A DNA stretch of 64,000 nt from Sphingomonas phyllosphaerae (GCF_036946485.1 NZ_JAQIJA010000005.1:431164-495163), one strand, 5' to 3'; positions 18,789 through 26,702 are shown, numbered from the stretch's first letter. Notes: generated by a model from the letters alone, not told the origin. Made by a program: numbers and translations.

Positions 18789-19351
18789 CGATCGCGATCA
18801 AGCATAAGACCTCGGGCGAGATCCAGTTCGTTGAGAGCCTGTCCGGCTATCAGAAGGATTGGGCGCAGTATGGGCCGGTCTTGCCGACCGGGACCGAGCC
18901 CAACATGCTCACGCTCGTTGGCGCGGCATGGGTCGAGGATCCCGCGAAGATCGAGCCCATGCTTTTGATGTTGATCAAGAGCGAGGCCGAGCGGCGGAAG
19001 ATGGGCTTCCTCTCGGCGGGCGGCGCGAAGAAGGCCGAATATGCGCAGAAGGCGGCTGAGGTCTCCTTCTACGATAGCCTCGGCGGATCGGTAGTGACGA
19101 TCCTCGCCGCGATTGGCGCGCTGACGGCGGCGCAGCGACGCGCGAAGTTCGGCTACGCGCTTGCCGACGCGGCGGCGTTCGGAGAGCCGACGATCACCAA
19201 CGCGATCGAGCGATTCCGCTCGGGCATGGCCAGTTCCGACAAGGTGCCGGCGATCGCCGCGGCGGAAGCGAAGACATGCGCCGCGATCAAGGCCGCGACC
19301 ACGGCGGTCGCCAAGCGAGCGGCGGCGAACGCCGTCAGCTGGCCAGCGTAA
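18785..19351 (+). CDS. Phage hypothetical protein (possibly tail-fibre-associated)
   Basis: 188-aa ORF. GTGA overlap with the tail gene. Ala-rich C-terminus. Function not recognisable. Confidence 0.5.
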   Translation: MTIAIKHKTSGEIQFVESLSGYQKDWAQYGPVLPTGTEPNMLTLVGAAWVEDPAKIEPMLLMLIKSEAERRKMGFLSAGGAKKAEYAQKAAEVSFYDSLGGSVVTILAAIGALTAAQRRAKFGYALADAAAFGEPTITNAIERFRSGMASSDKVPAIAAAEAKTCAAIKAATTAVAKRAAANAVSWPA

Positions 19352-19369
19352 CAACCAAGGAGAACGACC

Positions 19370-19525
19370 ATGAAGAAGATCGCGATCGCGAGCGTCCTGC
19401 TCGCGTCGGTGCTGCTGGCTGCGTGCCAGGAAGAACGGCCAGCCTCCCCGCCCACGACGAACACCGTTGACGAGTCGGATGGCGTCATCGTCGAGACCGC
19501 TCCGTACCCCGGCGACCGCCGGTAA
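19370..19525 (+). CDS. Small lipoprotein (51 aa), below the ORF-track size cut-off
   Basis: AAGGAG at 19357-19362, ATG 19370. MKKIAIASVLLASVLLAAC lipobox. Stop TAA 19523-19525. Confidence 0.6.
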   Translation: MKKIAIASVLLASVLLAACQEERPASPPTTNTVDESDGVIVETAPYPGDRR

Positions 19526-19542
19526 AACCATGATGCAGCGTC

Positions 19543-19578
19543 ATGCGGCCCTCCCGGTCGTAGAACGGAGGGCCGCAT
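19543..19578 (+). terminator. 12-bp GC-rich hairpin (terminator/attenuator) whose 3-prime arm contains the next start codon
   Basis: atgcggccctcc - 12-nt loop - ggagggccgcat. The ATG of ORF 19577 is at 19577-19579. Confidence 0.5.
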
Positions 19579-20116
19579 GAACGCGTCAGCCACCAGCAAC
19601 TATATCGGCGAGGCGTTACACACGGCGACCACGCTCGCCCCGCCCAGCTTGGCGGATAATCCTGCGCTGCTCGCCTGGAACCTCTTCGTCATGACCGCAG
19701 CCCTGTGTCTCGGGGCGATGATGGCGGGGCGGCAAGCGCGGCGGCTTTGGGCTGCCCGCTTCATCGACCATCCGACCGACCCGGTGTCGATCTATCGGAT
19801 CATCGTCTTCCTTGCGGGCTGCGCCATTGCCACGCGGGGCGGTGCCGAGGCGGTCAGCCTTTGGTCATGGTCGTCGGGCGATGCCGCGACGATCGAGCGG
19901 GTAGCCGAGGCGAAGCGCTGGCTGGACCCGTTGTCGGTCGGCTGCGGTTTCCTGTGGATGGGGCTGCACACCTTGGCCGAGCCGATGATCGAGCACCAGC
20001 TCCGCAAGGCACCCCTCCCGGTCGATATGTGGTCGCGCTGGCCGCAGCTTCGCAAACCTGTGCTGGTTCTCGCTGTCGCGCTTGGCATGGCGACCGCCGC
20101 TGTGTGGTTGCGATGA
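19577..20116 (+). CDS. Phage membrane protein (about 4 TM)
   Basis: 179-aa ORF with four hydrophobic helices. Stop overlaps the next start (ATGA at 20113-20116). Confidence 0.55.
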   Translation: MNASATSNYIGEALHTATTLAPPSLADNPALLAWNLFVMTAALCLGAMMAGRQARRLWAARFIDHPTDPVSIYRIIVFLAGCAIATRGGAEAVSLWSWSSGDAATIERVAEAKRWLDPLSVGCGFLWMGLHTLAEPMIEHQLRKAPLPVDMWSRWPQLRKPVLVLAVALGMATAAVWLR

Positions 20117-20526
20117 TGAAAGAGGGCGTCGTCGCAGCGGCACCTCCGCTCACTGTGCCCGTGGTCTGGTCTTTCCTCGGCTACAGCTTCCCCGCCGGCT
20201 CGATGATCGTGGGCCTCTTAGCTTGCCTCATGATCCGGCTCTTCATCACTCTCGACACGCCGGGTCCAAAGCGCTGGTTGCTGGACGGCATCGTGACCGG
20301 GATCGCGCTTCTGGTAACAGCGGTGTGGATCGCGGAGCATCAGGTCGACCTGTTCGCCGCTCTGGGCACCGGCGGCACCGCCGGCGCGGTCGGCGCGGGC
20401 ATCATCAGCTTCTTCAAGCGCCGCGGGCAGAGCGCGATTGACGCATTGGACGCGGCCCTGCCCGGCAAGCCCGCGGTTCCGCCCGAGATGGCGGCGACCC
20501 TGCGCGAGATCGACAAGCAGGCCTGA
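20113..20526 (+). CDS. Holin-like membrane protein (3 TM)
   Basis: In frame with track ORF 19705..20526. I chose ATG 20113 (MMKEGVV) because it overlaps the upstream stop. Three TM helices and a charged C-terminus. Lies immediately upstream of the endolysin. Confidence 0.5.
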   Translation: MMKEGVVAAAPPLTVPVVWSFLGYSFPAGSMIVGLLACLMIRLFITLDTPGPKRWLLDGIVTGIALLVTAVWIAEHQVDLFAALGTGGTAGAVGAGIISFFKRRGQSAIDALDAALPGKPAVPPEMAATLREIDKQA

Positions 20527-20549
20527 CCCTCCCTCTTGCGGAGAACCCC

Positions 20550-21131
20550 ATGATCGACATTGCGAAGTTGCAGCGCCGCGTCGGCGCCACCCCTGACGGC
20601 ATCCTCGGCCCGGGGACGATGACCGCACTCTTCCTTCAACTGGGCGCTACAGGAGCGATCGCGTCGGAGCTCGGGCTGTCCGCGGCGGTCCACCTGCCTG
20701 CGGCCGGGCTGTTCGAAACTGAGCGCCGCCTCGCCCACTTCCTCGCGCAGCTAGGGCATGAGAGCGACGGCTTCCGGGCGATGGAGGAATATGCCTCTGG
20801 CGCGGCCTATGAGGGGCGCACCGCGCTCGGCAATACCGAGCCCGGGGACGGCAAGCGCTACAAGGGCCGCGGCCCGATTCAGATCACTGGCCGCGCGAAC
20901 TATCGGCGGTATGGCCGAAAGATCGGCATCGACCTCGAGCGGCGACCGGAGCTCGCCTCCGCGCCGTCTATCGGGCTCATCGCGAGCATCGCTTACTGGA
21001 CCGACAAGGGCCTTAATGCGCTCGCCGATCGCGACGACGTCGAGGCGATCACGCGCAAGATCAATGGCGGAACCAACGGGCTGGACGATCGCAAGGCGCG
21101 CCTCGCCGCGGCCAAGGCGCTGCTGGCATGA
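20550..21131 (+). CDS. Endolysin: PG_binding_1 domain + glycoside hydrolase family 19 (chitinase-like lysozyme)
   Basis: 193-aa ORF. LQRRVGATPDGILGPGT (peptidoglycan-binding). HFLAQLGHESDGF...GKRYKGRGPIQITGRANY...INGGTNGLDDR (GH19/COG3179 motifs). Confidence 0.85.
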   Translation: MIDIAKLQRRVGATPDGILGPGTMTALFLQLGATGAIASELGLSAAVHLPAAGLFETERRLAHFLAQLGHESDGFRAMEEYASGAAYEGRTALGNTEPGDGKRYKGRGPIQITGRANYRRYGRKIGIDLERRPELASAPSIGLIASIAYWTDKGLNALADRDDVEAITRKINGGTNGLDDRKARLAAAKALLA

Positions 21132-21505
21132 GCCGCGCGATCACCTTCGCCGGGCTGGCGGTGCTGCTGGTGCTGATCGGGCTGGCGGTGCTTGGCGTAC
21201 GGGCCTGCGCGCGCGAGCAGGACGCGCCGTCCTCGACCATCGACGCCTCGCGTGACGCGGCGCTCGTCGGCGGCGCAGCCGAGGGCAACGCAATCACCGC
21301 CGATGCCATGACCAACGCGGCCGACATCGCCGCCACCACCAAGGAGAACGAGAATGCGATCCGGTCTGCGCCGGGCGGAGACACGCGCGTGCCCGCTGCT
21401 TCCAATCGGGCTGCTCTTGGCCGCCTCTGCCTGCGGCCCTCGTATCACGCTGACCCGCGCTGCGCTGCCCTGCAGCGACCTGGTGCAGGGACCGCTGGCC
21501 GCTGA
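21128..21505 (+). CDS. i-spanin-like protein (N-terminal TM, periplasmic tail)
   Basis: ATGA overlap with the endolysin stop. TM FAGLAVLLVLIGLAVLGV. The o-spanin candidate starts inside it. Confidence 0.55.
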   Translation: MSRAITFAGLAVLLVLIGLAVLGVRACAREQDAPSSTIDASRDAALVGGAAEGNAITADAMTNAADIAATTKENENAIRSAPGGDTRVPAASNRAALGRLCLRPSYHADPRCAALQRPGAGTAGR

Positions 21506-21683
21506 TGTTCCGCCCGCCGATCTCCCGCCAGATCCTGCGACGGTGGCTGACTGGCAGGTGTTCGGCGACGCGCAGACCGGTCGCCTCGAGACCTCGAACC
21601 TCTACCGGCGCGCAGCGCTCGACATCGTTCGCCGCTGCGAAGCGCGCGACCGCGCCCTCGATCAGCAGCTGAAGGCGCGCTGA
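21354..21683 (+). CDS. o-spanin-like lipoprotein, 5-prime end overlapping the i-spanin gene
   Basis: AAGGAG at 21341-21346, ATG 21354. Lipobox LLLAASAC. Overlaps 21128..21505 out of frame by 152 nt. Confidence 0.5.
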   Translation: MRSGLRRAETRACPLLPIGLLLAASACGPRITLTRAALPCSDLVQGPLAADVPPADLPPDPATVADWQVFGDAQTGRLETSNLYRRAALDIVRRCEARDRALDQQLKAR

Positions 21684-21710
21684 CCCCATCACGCAAAGAC
21701 GGAGGATAGA

Positions 21711-23102
21711 ATGACCAATGTACCGACCGGGATCAGCGGCAACATTCCAGGCGCGATCGACTGGGCGTTTGAGAACCGGCGCGACGCCGCGGCAGGCCTT
21801 TCCGCGCCGATCGACAAGCTCTTCCGTAATATGCAGCGCGCGCGCGACGTGAATCCATTTTCTCTCCCAAACTACGGAGCCGGCCCGACCGCAGGAGAGC
21901 CCATTCCTTCGATCACCTGGGCGTCGACCGGTGCAAGTGGAACGGTCGCCCGGGGAAGCGTGAACACGGGCGATCTTCAGCAGTACATCCGTTCGGAAAG
22001 CGGCATCTACACGCTCGACGGGAGCGGCGCAGCCGGCTTCCCAGTGGTTTCTACGACCATCGCCAATGTGCCAAATGGTAGCGGCAAGGGTGGCACGGTG
22101 ACGGCGGTCAGCATCATGACCGACGAGCTTACCCCTTCCTTCCGCATGCCGTACAATCCTGCGGTCAAATACATCGTACTGGTGCAGGATCAGTTCCTCG
22201 GCACCCACACGAACGCTACGACGTCGGGCGCCACCGCCGCGCGCGCACCGGACGTCATCCCCAACGGCAACTCAGGGGGTAATCAGAACTGCATCCTGAC
22301 CTTCCCCACCCGGAAGCTGCGGAAGATCACGTTCATCTCGGAGCTGAACTGGAAGCTGCTTTCGGTCTGGGTAAAGGACGCTGCGCAGCTGTACCCGCCC
22401 CAGAACGTCGATCAGATGGCGTTCGCGTGCGTGACCGACAGCTACGGCGCCTACGTCTCCAAGTCCACGGTGCCGAACAGCTTCGGCTTCTTCAATGTCG
22501 CCTCTATGCTGATGACGAAGCTCGGAGCGTCGTTCCGCTACAATTTGGGCGTTGCTGGAACCGGCTTCGACACAGATGGCGGTGACGGTAAGCGCTACAA
22601 CGATCCGCCGCGTCTTGCGGACATCGCCGCCGTGCACGCTCTAACTCCACTCTCCGGTATCCTCGGATTCGGTTCGATCAATGAGCGTAACATGTCGCCG
22701 GCTGCCGCCGCGGCAGGTGCGGTTCGATGGGTTTCCTCGGCTCGCAGCATCCTCGGGCCAGCGGTACCGATCTTCGTCAGCGGCACATCGTCCGGAGGCC
22801 AAGGCGTGGGAACGGCTCCATCGTCTGCAATCTTGGACATCGAAAAGGCCACGTTCGCTGCGGTGGCAGGACTGAGCGATCCGCTCGTCGCGGTCCTGCC
22901 GATCAGCACCTTGGGCGCGCGAGGTTTGTTCAATGGAGACGGCGCGACCGGCAGCTCACCTGGTAATGTTCAGTCCGACCTGATCCATCTGACATTCGGA
23001 GCCGATCCGGGCCTGGCCAACAGCGTCGTCGGGGGGAATGAGCTCATGTGCAACGTGCTGCTTGAGCAGATGCAGCTGGCTGCGTCGGCGATGCGACGCT
23101 GA
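21711..23102 (+). CDS. Phage protein with C-terminal SGNH/GDSL-hydrolase-like domain
   Basis: 463-aa ORF. Ordered blocks CVTDSYG (I), LGVAGTG (II), GFGSINERN (III), SDLIHLT (V, DxxH). The N-terminal ~230 aa are unassigned. Confidence 0.55.
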   Translation: MTNVPTGISGNIPGAIDWAFENRRDAAAGLSAPIDKLFRNMQRARDVNPFSLPNYGAGPTAGEPIPSITWASTGASGTVARGSVNTGDLQQYIRSESGIYTLDGSGAAGFPVVSTTIANVPNGSGKGGTVTAVSIMTDELTPSFRMPYNPAVKYIVLVQDQFLGTHTNATTSGATAARAPDVIPNGNSGGNQNCILTFPTRKLRKITFISELNWKLLSVWVKDAAQLYPPQNVDQMAFACVTDSYGAYVSKSTVPNSFGFFNVASMLMTKLGASFRYNLGVAGTGFDTDGGDGKRYNDPPRLADIAAVHALTPLSGILGFGSINERNMSPAAAAAGAVRWVSSARSILGPAVPIFVSGTSSGGQGVGTAPSSAILDIEKATFAAVAGLSDPLVAVLPISTLGARGLFNGDGATGSSPGNVQSDLIHLTFGADPGLANSVVGGNELMCNVLLEQMQLAASAMRR

Positions 23103-23113
23103 TCCCATAACAG

Positions 23114-23136
23114 GGGCGCGCTCTTTCAGCGCGCCC
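23114..23136 (+). terminator. Hairpin after the SGNH-like gene
   Basis: gggcgcgct - ctttc - agcgcgccc, starting 12 nt after the stop. No clear U-tract. Confidence 0.4.
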
Positions 23137-23152
23137 TCACCGGGAGGTGTCT

Positions 23153-23476
23153 ATGACTGCTCTCAGCGTTCATCCGCACCTGCGGCATGTGCGACTGCGC
23201 GAAGCGCTTGACGGCCGAGAACACCTGCTGCTCGTCTATGGCGACCGCGACAGCCTTATCTGCTGGTGCGGTCCGTACACGGCCCCGGAGGCGTACGAGC
23301 ATTCGCTCGCTTGGGGCGCGGTGGGCTGGTGTTGGGCAAAGGGCGTCGTACCTGCCGAGTTCAGGCCTGTTAAGCCGCCCCGGGTGAAATCTCGCTTCGC
23401 CATCGCCGAGAAGCTGGCCGCCAACCGGACGATCCGCGGGTCAGTCCCGCTGCTCCTGAACCCGCCGGCTCAATGA
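23153..23476 (+). CDS. Hypothetical protein
   Basis: Track ORF 23147..23476. GGGAGG lies 5 nt before ATG 23153. No recognisable domain. Confidence 0.45.
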   Translation: MTALSVHPHLRHVRLREALDGREHLLLVYGDRDSLICWCGPYTAPEAYEHSLAWGAVGWCWAKGVVPAEFRPVKPPRVKSRFAIAEKLAANRTIRGSVPLLLNPPAQ

Positions 23477-23692
23477 GGCTATAGCTGTCGCCGCGAAACC
23501 GCGGAACACCGGCTGCCAATGCCCGCCGCACTCAGCCCAGGAGACATCGTCGAGCGTGCCGTGACGTCGGCTCTCCCAGAGATCCTCGGCAACCTGCTCG
23601 ATCAACGCCTCGTCACAAAGACCGGTGCCGTCGCATAGCGCGCAAGGCCGGTTGTGGCCGATCCCATGCAGCGGCGCGCGATCGTCGCTCAT
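23441..23692 (-). CDS. Hypothetical protein
   Basis: 83-aa ORF (..CALCDGTGLCDE..), downstream of and on the same strand as 23696..23932. Confidence 0.45.
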   Translation of the reverse strand: MSDDRAPLHGIGHNRPCALCDGTGLCDEALIEQVAEDLWESRRHGTLDDVSWAECGGHWQPVFRGFAATAIASLSRRVQEQRD

Positions 23693-23695
23693 CGG

Positions 23696-23932
23696 CTAGT
23701 AGGCCGCCCAATCGAGCTCGGCGTCGTCGACCGCCTCGAACATATCGCCATCTGCTTGAAGCGCACGCAGTCGCGCGCGCACGTCTTCCGGGTTGCCTTG
23801 ATTAGGAAAGGCGCGATCCGCTGCGGCGCCGGCCGCCAGCGTACCGATCAGCCCGCCGCGATCCTTCTGCGCGAGCAGCCATTCACCGAACGCCAGCGAG
23901 CGCGCCGGCGCGAGACCTTCGATCCGCATCAT
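23696..23932 (-). CDS. YozE/SAM-like-domain small protein
   Basis: 78-aa ORF. FGEWLLAQKDRGGLIGTLAAGAAADRAFP...VRARL pattern resembles the YozE_SAM_like family. Confidence 0.5.
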   Translation of the reverse strand: MMRIEGLAPARSLAFGEWLLAQKDRGGLIGTLAAGAAADRAFPNQGNPEDVRARLRALQADGDMFEAVDDAELDWAAY

Positions 23933-24031
23933 GTCCGTTGTCCTCGATCAATCTGCGCCCGCCGCAGCGACTCGCCAGCGGCGGTTCTGACCACCTGATG
24001 CACCCGTCAGCGCGCGCAATCCAGTCTTTTT

Positions 24032-24046
24032 GTTCTCTCAATGTTC
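24032..24046. promoter_or_regulatory. Candidate alphaproteobacterial LexA (SOS) box GTTC-N7-GTTC
   Basis: gttc tctcaat gttc in the 108-bp divergent intergenic region, overlapping ATG 24041. Confidence 0.5.
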
Positions 24047-24589
24047 CCACATATCTGGCGCATGGTCGGGCAGCCGAAATCCCTCTACGACCTCCGCAAG
24101 GTGGAGGGAGCGGTCAGCGTCACCTGCAAGGCGTGCGGCAAATCCCGGCTGTACGATCTTGAGGAGCTGATCAAGTCGCGGACCTTCCAGCGGCAATCGA
24201 CCGATTGGGAAGTCGTGGTGCGCGAGATGCCGTATTGGCACTGCCCCGATCGCACCGAGACGCGGGTCGCCATCGTCCCGTATGCCGCCAACGACCGCGA
24301 GCTGCGCGTGCGCCGCGCCGAGATGCTGATCATGAACCTGGCGCTGGCTGTGTTGAAGGATTCGACGGCCCGCGCGCAGCGGATCGGCGTCGACACTCCC
24401 GCCGTCCGCCTAGCGCTCCGCGTGCTCCGGCCGTTTCTTCCCGATCAATCGCTGCTCGTCCGGTTCTGGAATGAAGGACAAGCCGCAATCAACGTGCCGG
24501 CGAATGAGGTGCACTTCGCTCATGGCTGGATCGTGCAGGCGCTTGTGAAGCAGGGGCACTCGGTCTGGGCTGAGTTCCGGCTTGGGTAG
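24041..24589 (+). CDS. Hypothetical protein with N-terminal CxxC...HC element
   Basis: 182-aa ORF (alternative start ATG 24062). VTCKACGKSRLY...YWHCPD. No recognisable domain. Confidence 0.5.
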   Translation: MFPHIWRMVGQPKSLYDLRKVEGAVSVTCKACGKSRLYDLEELIKSRTFQRQSTDWEVVVREMPYWHCPDRTETRVAIVPYAANDRELRVRRAEMLIMNLALAVLKDSTARAQRIGVDTPAVRLALRVLRPFLPDQSLLVRFWNEGQAAINVPANEVHFAHGWIVQALVKQGHSVWAEFRLG

Positions 24590-24691
24590 CCTGTAGCCTT
24601 TCCCGCCCGTTCACACGAACGGCCCCAGCGTCGTCGCTTTGATTCTTCCGGTGGTGAGGTCGATCGCCAATCACGAATTTCTGTTGCAGGC

Positions 24692-25408
24692 ATGCCTGCT
24701 ACTCTGGCTATAGAGGGCGCTATGGGAAAGGCGGAGTATGGCATAGGAATTTACACCGCCCCTGAAGCGGCGCGGATGGTCGGCATGCAGCCGATGACGC
24801 TCCGGCGATGGCTCTTGGGCTATGACCATGATGCGAAGCGCGAAGCCCCTCTATGGCAGCCGCAGTACGATGCGGATGACGGGGAAGGTGTGTTGCTCGG
24901 CTTCCGCGACCTTGTCGAGGCGCGGATTGTTAACGCATTGCGCGCGAGGAAGATTGGCCTGCCGACGATCCGGGTCTGCATGGACCGCGCCCGTGACATC
25001 GTAGGGCAGGATCGACCATTTTCGACGTCGCAGTTCAAGACGGATGGTAAGACGATCTTCCTTGAGATCACCAAGGGGCTGGACGAGCCGCAGCTTATTG
25101 ATCTGCGGCGCAGTCAAGGCGTTTTCAATCGTGTTGTCGCCCCCAGCCTTGCTGACCTAGATTTTGGGCCGGATGGAGCCGAGCGCTGGTGGCTTCTGCA
25201 TGGTAAGCGCACGATTGTCGCCGATCCTGAAAAGGCGTTTGGTCAACCCATCGTTGCCGAGCATGGTATCACCACCGCGCGCGTCGCGCAGGCAGTGAAG
25301 GCCGAGGGATCAATCGACGCCGTTGCCAAGATCTACGAAATCAAGCCACGACTTATTAGAGACGCGCTAGCTTACGAGCAGCAGATCGCAACCAAAAAGG
25401 CCGCGTGA
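24692..25408 (+). CDS. VapB45-type antitoxin candidate (MerR-like HTH + DUF433-like C-terminus)
   Basis: 238-aa ORF. IYTAPEAARMVGMQPMTLRRWL (HTH). C-terminal FGQPIVAEHGITTARVAQAVKAEGSIDAVAKIYEIKPRLIRDALAY (DUF433-like). GTGA overlap with the next gene. Confidence 0.6.
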   Translation: MPATLAIEGAMGKAEYGIGIYTAPEAARMVGMQPMTLRRWLLGYDHDAKREAPLWQPQYDADDGEGVLLGFRDLVEARIVNALRARKIGLPTIRVCMDRARDIVGQDRPFSTSQFKTDGKTIFLEITKGLDEPQLIDLRRSQGVFNRVVAPSLADLDFGPDGAERWWLLHGKRTIVADPEKAFGQPIVAEHGITTARVAQAVKAEGSIDAVAKIYEIKPRLIRDALAYEQQIATKKAA

Positions 25409-25800
25409 AGCTGCTGGTAGATAACTGCATGTCTTACCGCTTAGCCGAAGGGCTGGCGGGCATTTTCCAGAGTCAGCATGAAATCGTGCACATAAAGGCT
25501 AAGTTCGGGACGGGCTCCTTGCCCGACGCAGCGTGGATCGAGCAGCTGGGCAAAGAGGGCGGCTGGAGCGTGCTGTCAGGCGATATACGCATCGCCAAGA
25601 AGGTGCCGTCCCGCGAACTGTTCCTGCGATCAAAGCTTGTTGGCTTTTTTCCGTTAACGGCGGTTCTTGACCTCCCTGTTCACAGGCAGGCTGCTCGCAT
25701 TTTGACGCTCTGGGCGACGATGGAAAGCGTGACCAACACAGTCGCAAGCGGGTGCTTTGAGGTCGGCATCAAGAGTACGCTGTTAAAGCAAATAGCTTAG
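25405..25800 (+). CDS. PIN-like (DUF5615/Mut7-C-like) toxin candidate
   Basis: 131-aa ORF. MKLLVDNCMSYRLAEGL...SLPDAAWIEQLGKEGGWSVLSGD resembles DUF5615 partners of DUF433 proteins. Confidence 0.55.
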   Translation: MKLLVDNCMSYRLAEGLAGIFQSQHEIVHIKAKFGTGSLPDAAWIEQLGKEGGWSVLSGDIRIAKKVPSRELFLRSKLVGFFPLTAVLDLPVHRQAARILTLWATMESVTNTVASGCFEVGIKSTLLKQIA

Positions 25801-25808
25801 GCGCGGCA

Positions 25809-25963
25809 TCAGAAATCCAGCCCGCGCCGCTCAACCTCGGCTGCCAGCGCATCCATCCGCGGATCGCCGCTCTCCCACGTCGTCTTCATCCATTCGGTGA
25901 TGAGTTCCTGGTCTGTCCAGGTGGCGAGAGCATTGGGGTCAGCGGCGGCTGCGAGCCGGCCAT
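25809..25963 (-). pseudogene. Decayed ~52-codon ORF, copy 1 (1-nt deletion)
   Basis: ATG 25963 (MAGSQPPLT) is out of frame with ..NALATWTDQELITEWMKTTWESGDPRMDALAAEVERRGLDF-stop at 25809. The span is 155 nt. Homologous to 27470..27625. Confidence 0.5.
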
Positions 25964-25988
25964 GTAAACATTCTCTCCAAAACCGCTA

Positions 25989-26702
25989 TCAACGAACGCG
26001 CCTCATCATTTTGGCCAGATGACGATCCGGCGTGGTGAAAATTGGCGCTGCGCCGTTGGGGACCGGTCGGTCTGTTAGAATGCGCACCTCGTGCTCTTGT
26101 TGAAAGCGTAAGGACTTCACAAACGGATTAGGCTGAAGCGATGTTTCATCTAAAAAGCTCTTGTCTCGCTCTTGGTATGTTACATGCGATACATTAAGCG
26201 ACTTTAGGTCGGTATTTCTGATTTGTATAAGATGAAGCCACGCCTCAACGTCAGGGATTTCGAATACAGCCTGTTTGCTAGTAGCAGCATCGTCAAGGTC
26301 GTCGCGGTATGACGCGCAAAAACAATGCAAATTATGCCCGCTCACACGCATGACCGAGTTAACGACAATAACAGAGCCAGTTGAGTTTCCGCCAACTAAG
26401 CCAGAAGCTTCCAATCGTTGACGATGCTCAGGGTTGCTACCATCGGCATAATCTATAATTGCCCGAGCGGTAAACTCATCTGCATCTCGTCGTTTATCAT
26501 CTTCTAGATCTGCATACCCCCGCAGCGTCCCAAATTTCAAAGACCCGCTTTCAATGAAGTGTGCGTCTGCCTCATCGACATATTTGTAGAGAGGCATTTT
26601 GATTGTCCACGGACTGGTATCGTCGGAGGGGACTCGGCCCTGCCGCACCAGCATCGTCGCTCTCACTGAAATTTCGCTGTACCCGTACACGATGTGCCTC
26701 AA
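25989..26702 (-). CDS. DUF2971-like protein (unknown function)
   Basis: 237-aa ORF in low-GC DNA. Likely start ATG 26597 (MPLYKYVDEADAHFIESGSLKFGTL..DLEDDKRRDADEF), a pattern reminiscent of DUF2971 N-termini. This is a tentative call. Confidence 0.45.
   Translation of the reverse strand: MRHIVYGYSEISVRATMLVRQGRVPSDDTSPWTIKMPLYKYVDEADAHFIESGSLKFGTLRGYADLEDDKRRDADEFTARAIIDYADGSNPEHRQRLEASGLVGGNSTGSVIVVNSVMRVSGHNLHCFCASYRDDLDDAATSKQAVFEIPDVEAWLHLIQIRNTDLKSLNVSHVTYQERDKSFLDETSLQPNPFVKSLRFQQEHEVRILTDRPVPNGAAPIFTTPDRHLAKMMRRVR

Noticed and set aside
19705-20112. Long form (273 aa) of the holin-like ORF starting at 19705
   Set aside because: Its upstream 136 codons overlap the 4-TM gene in another frame and translate to Arg/Gly-rich sequence. 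ATG 20113 overlaps the upstream stop, which is the usual coupling arrangement.
16353-23102. Tail/lysis region as part of an RcGTA-like gene transfer agent locus
   Set aside because: The tail protein does resemble GTA g15-type host-specificity proteins. However, the genes lie inside an integrase-bearing element flanked by tRNA-derived direct repeats, and there is no adjacent GTA head/tail cluster. A degraded prophage explains this better. The GTA idea cannot be fully excluded without the rest of the genome.
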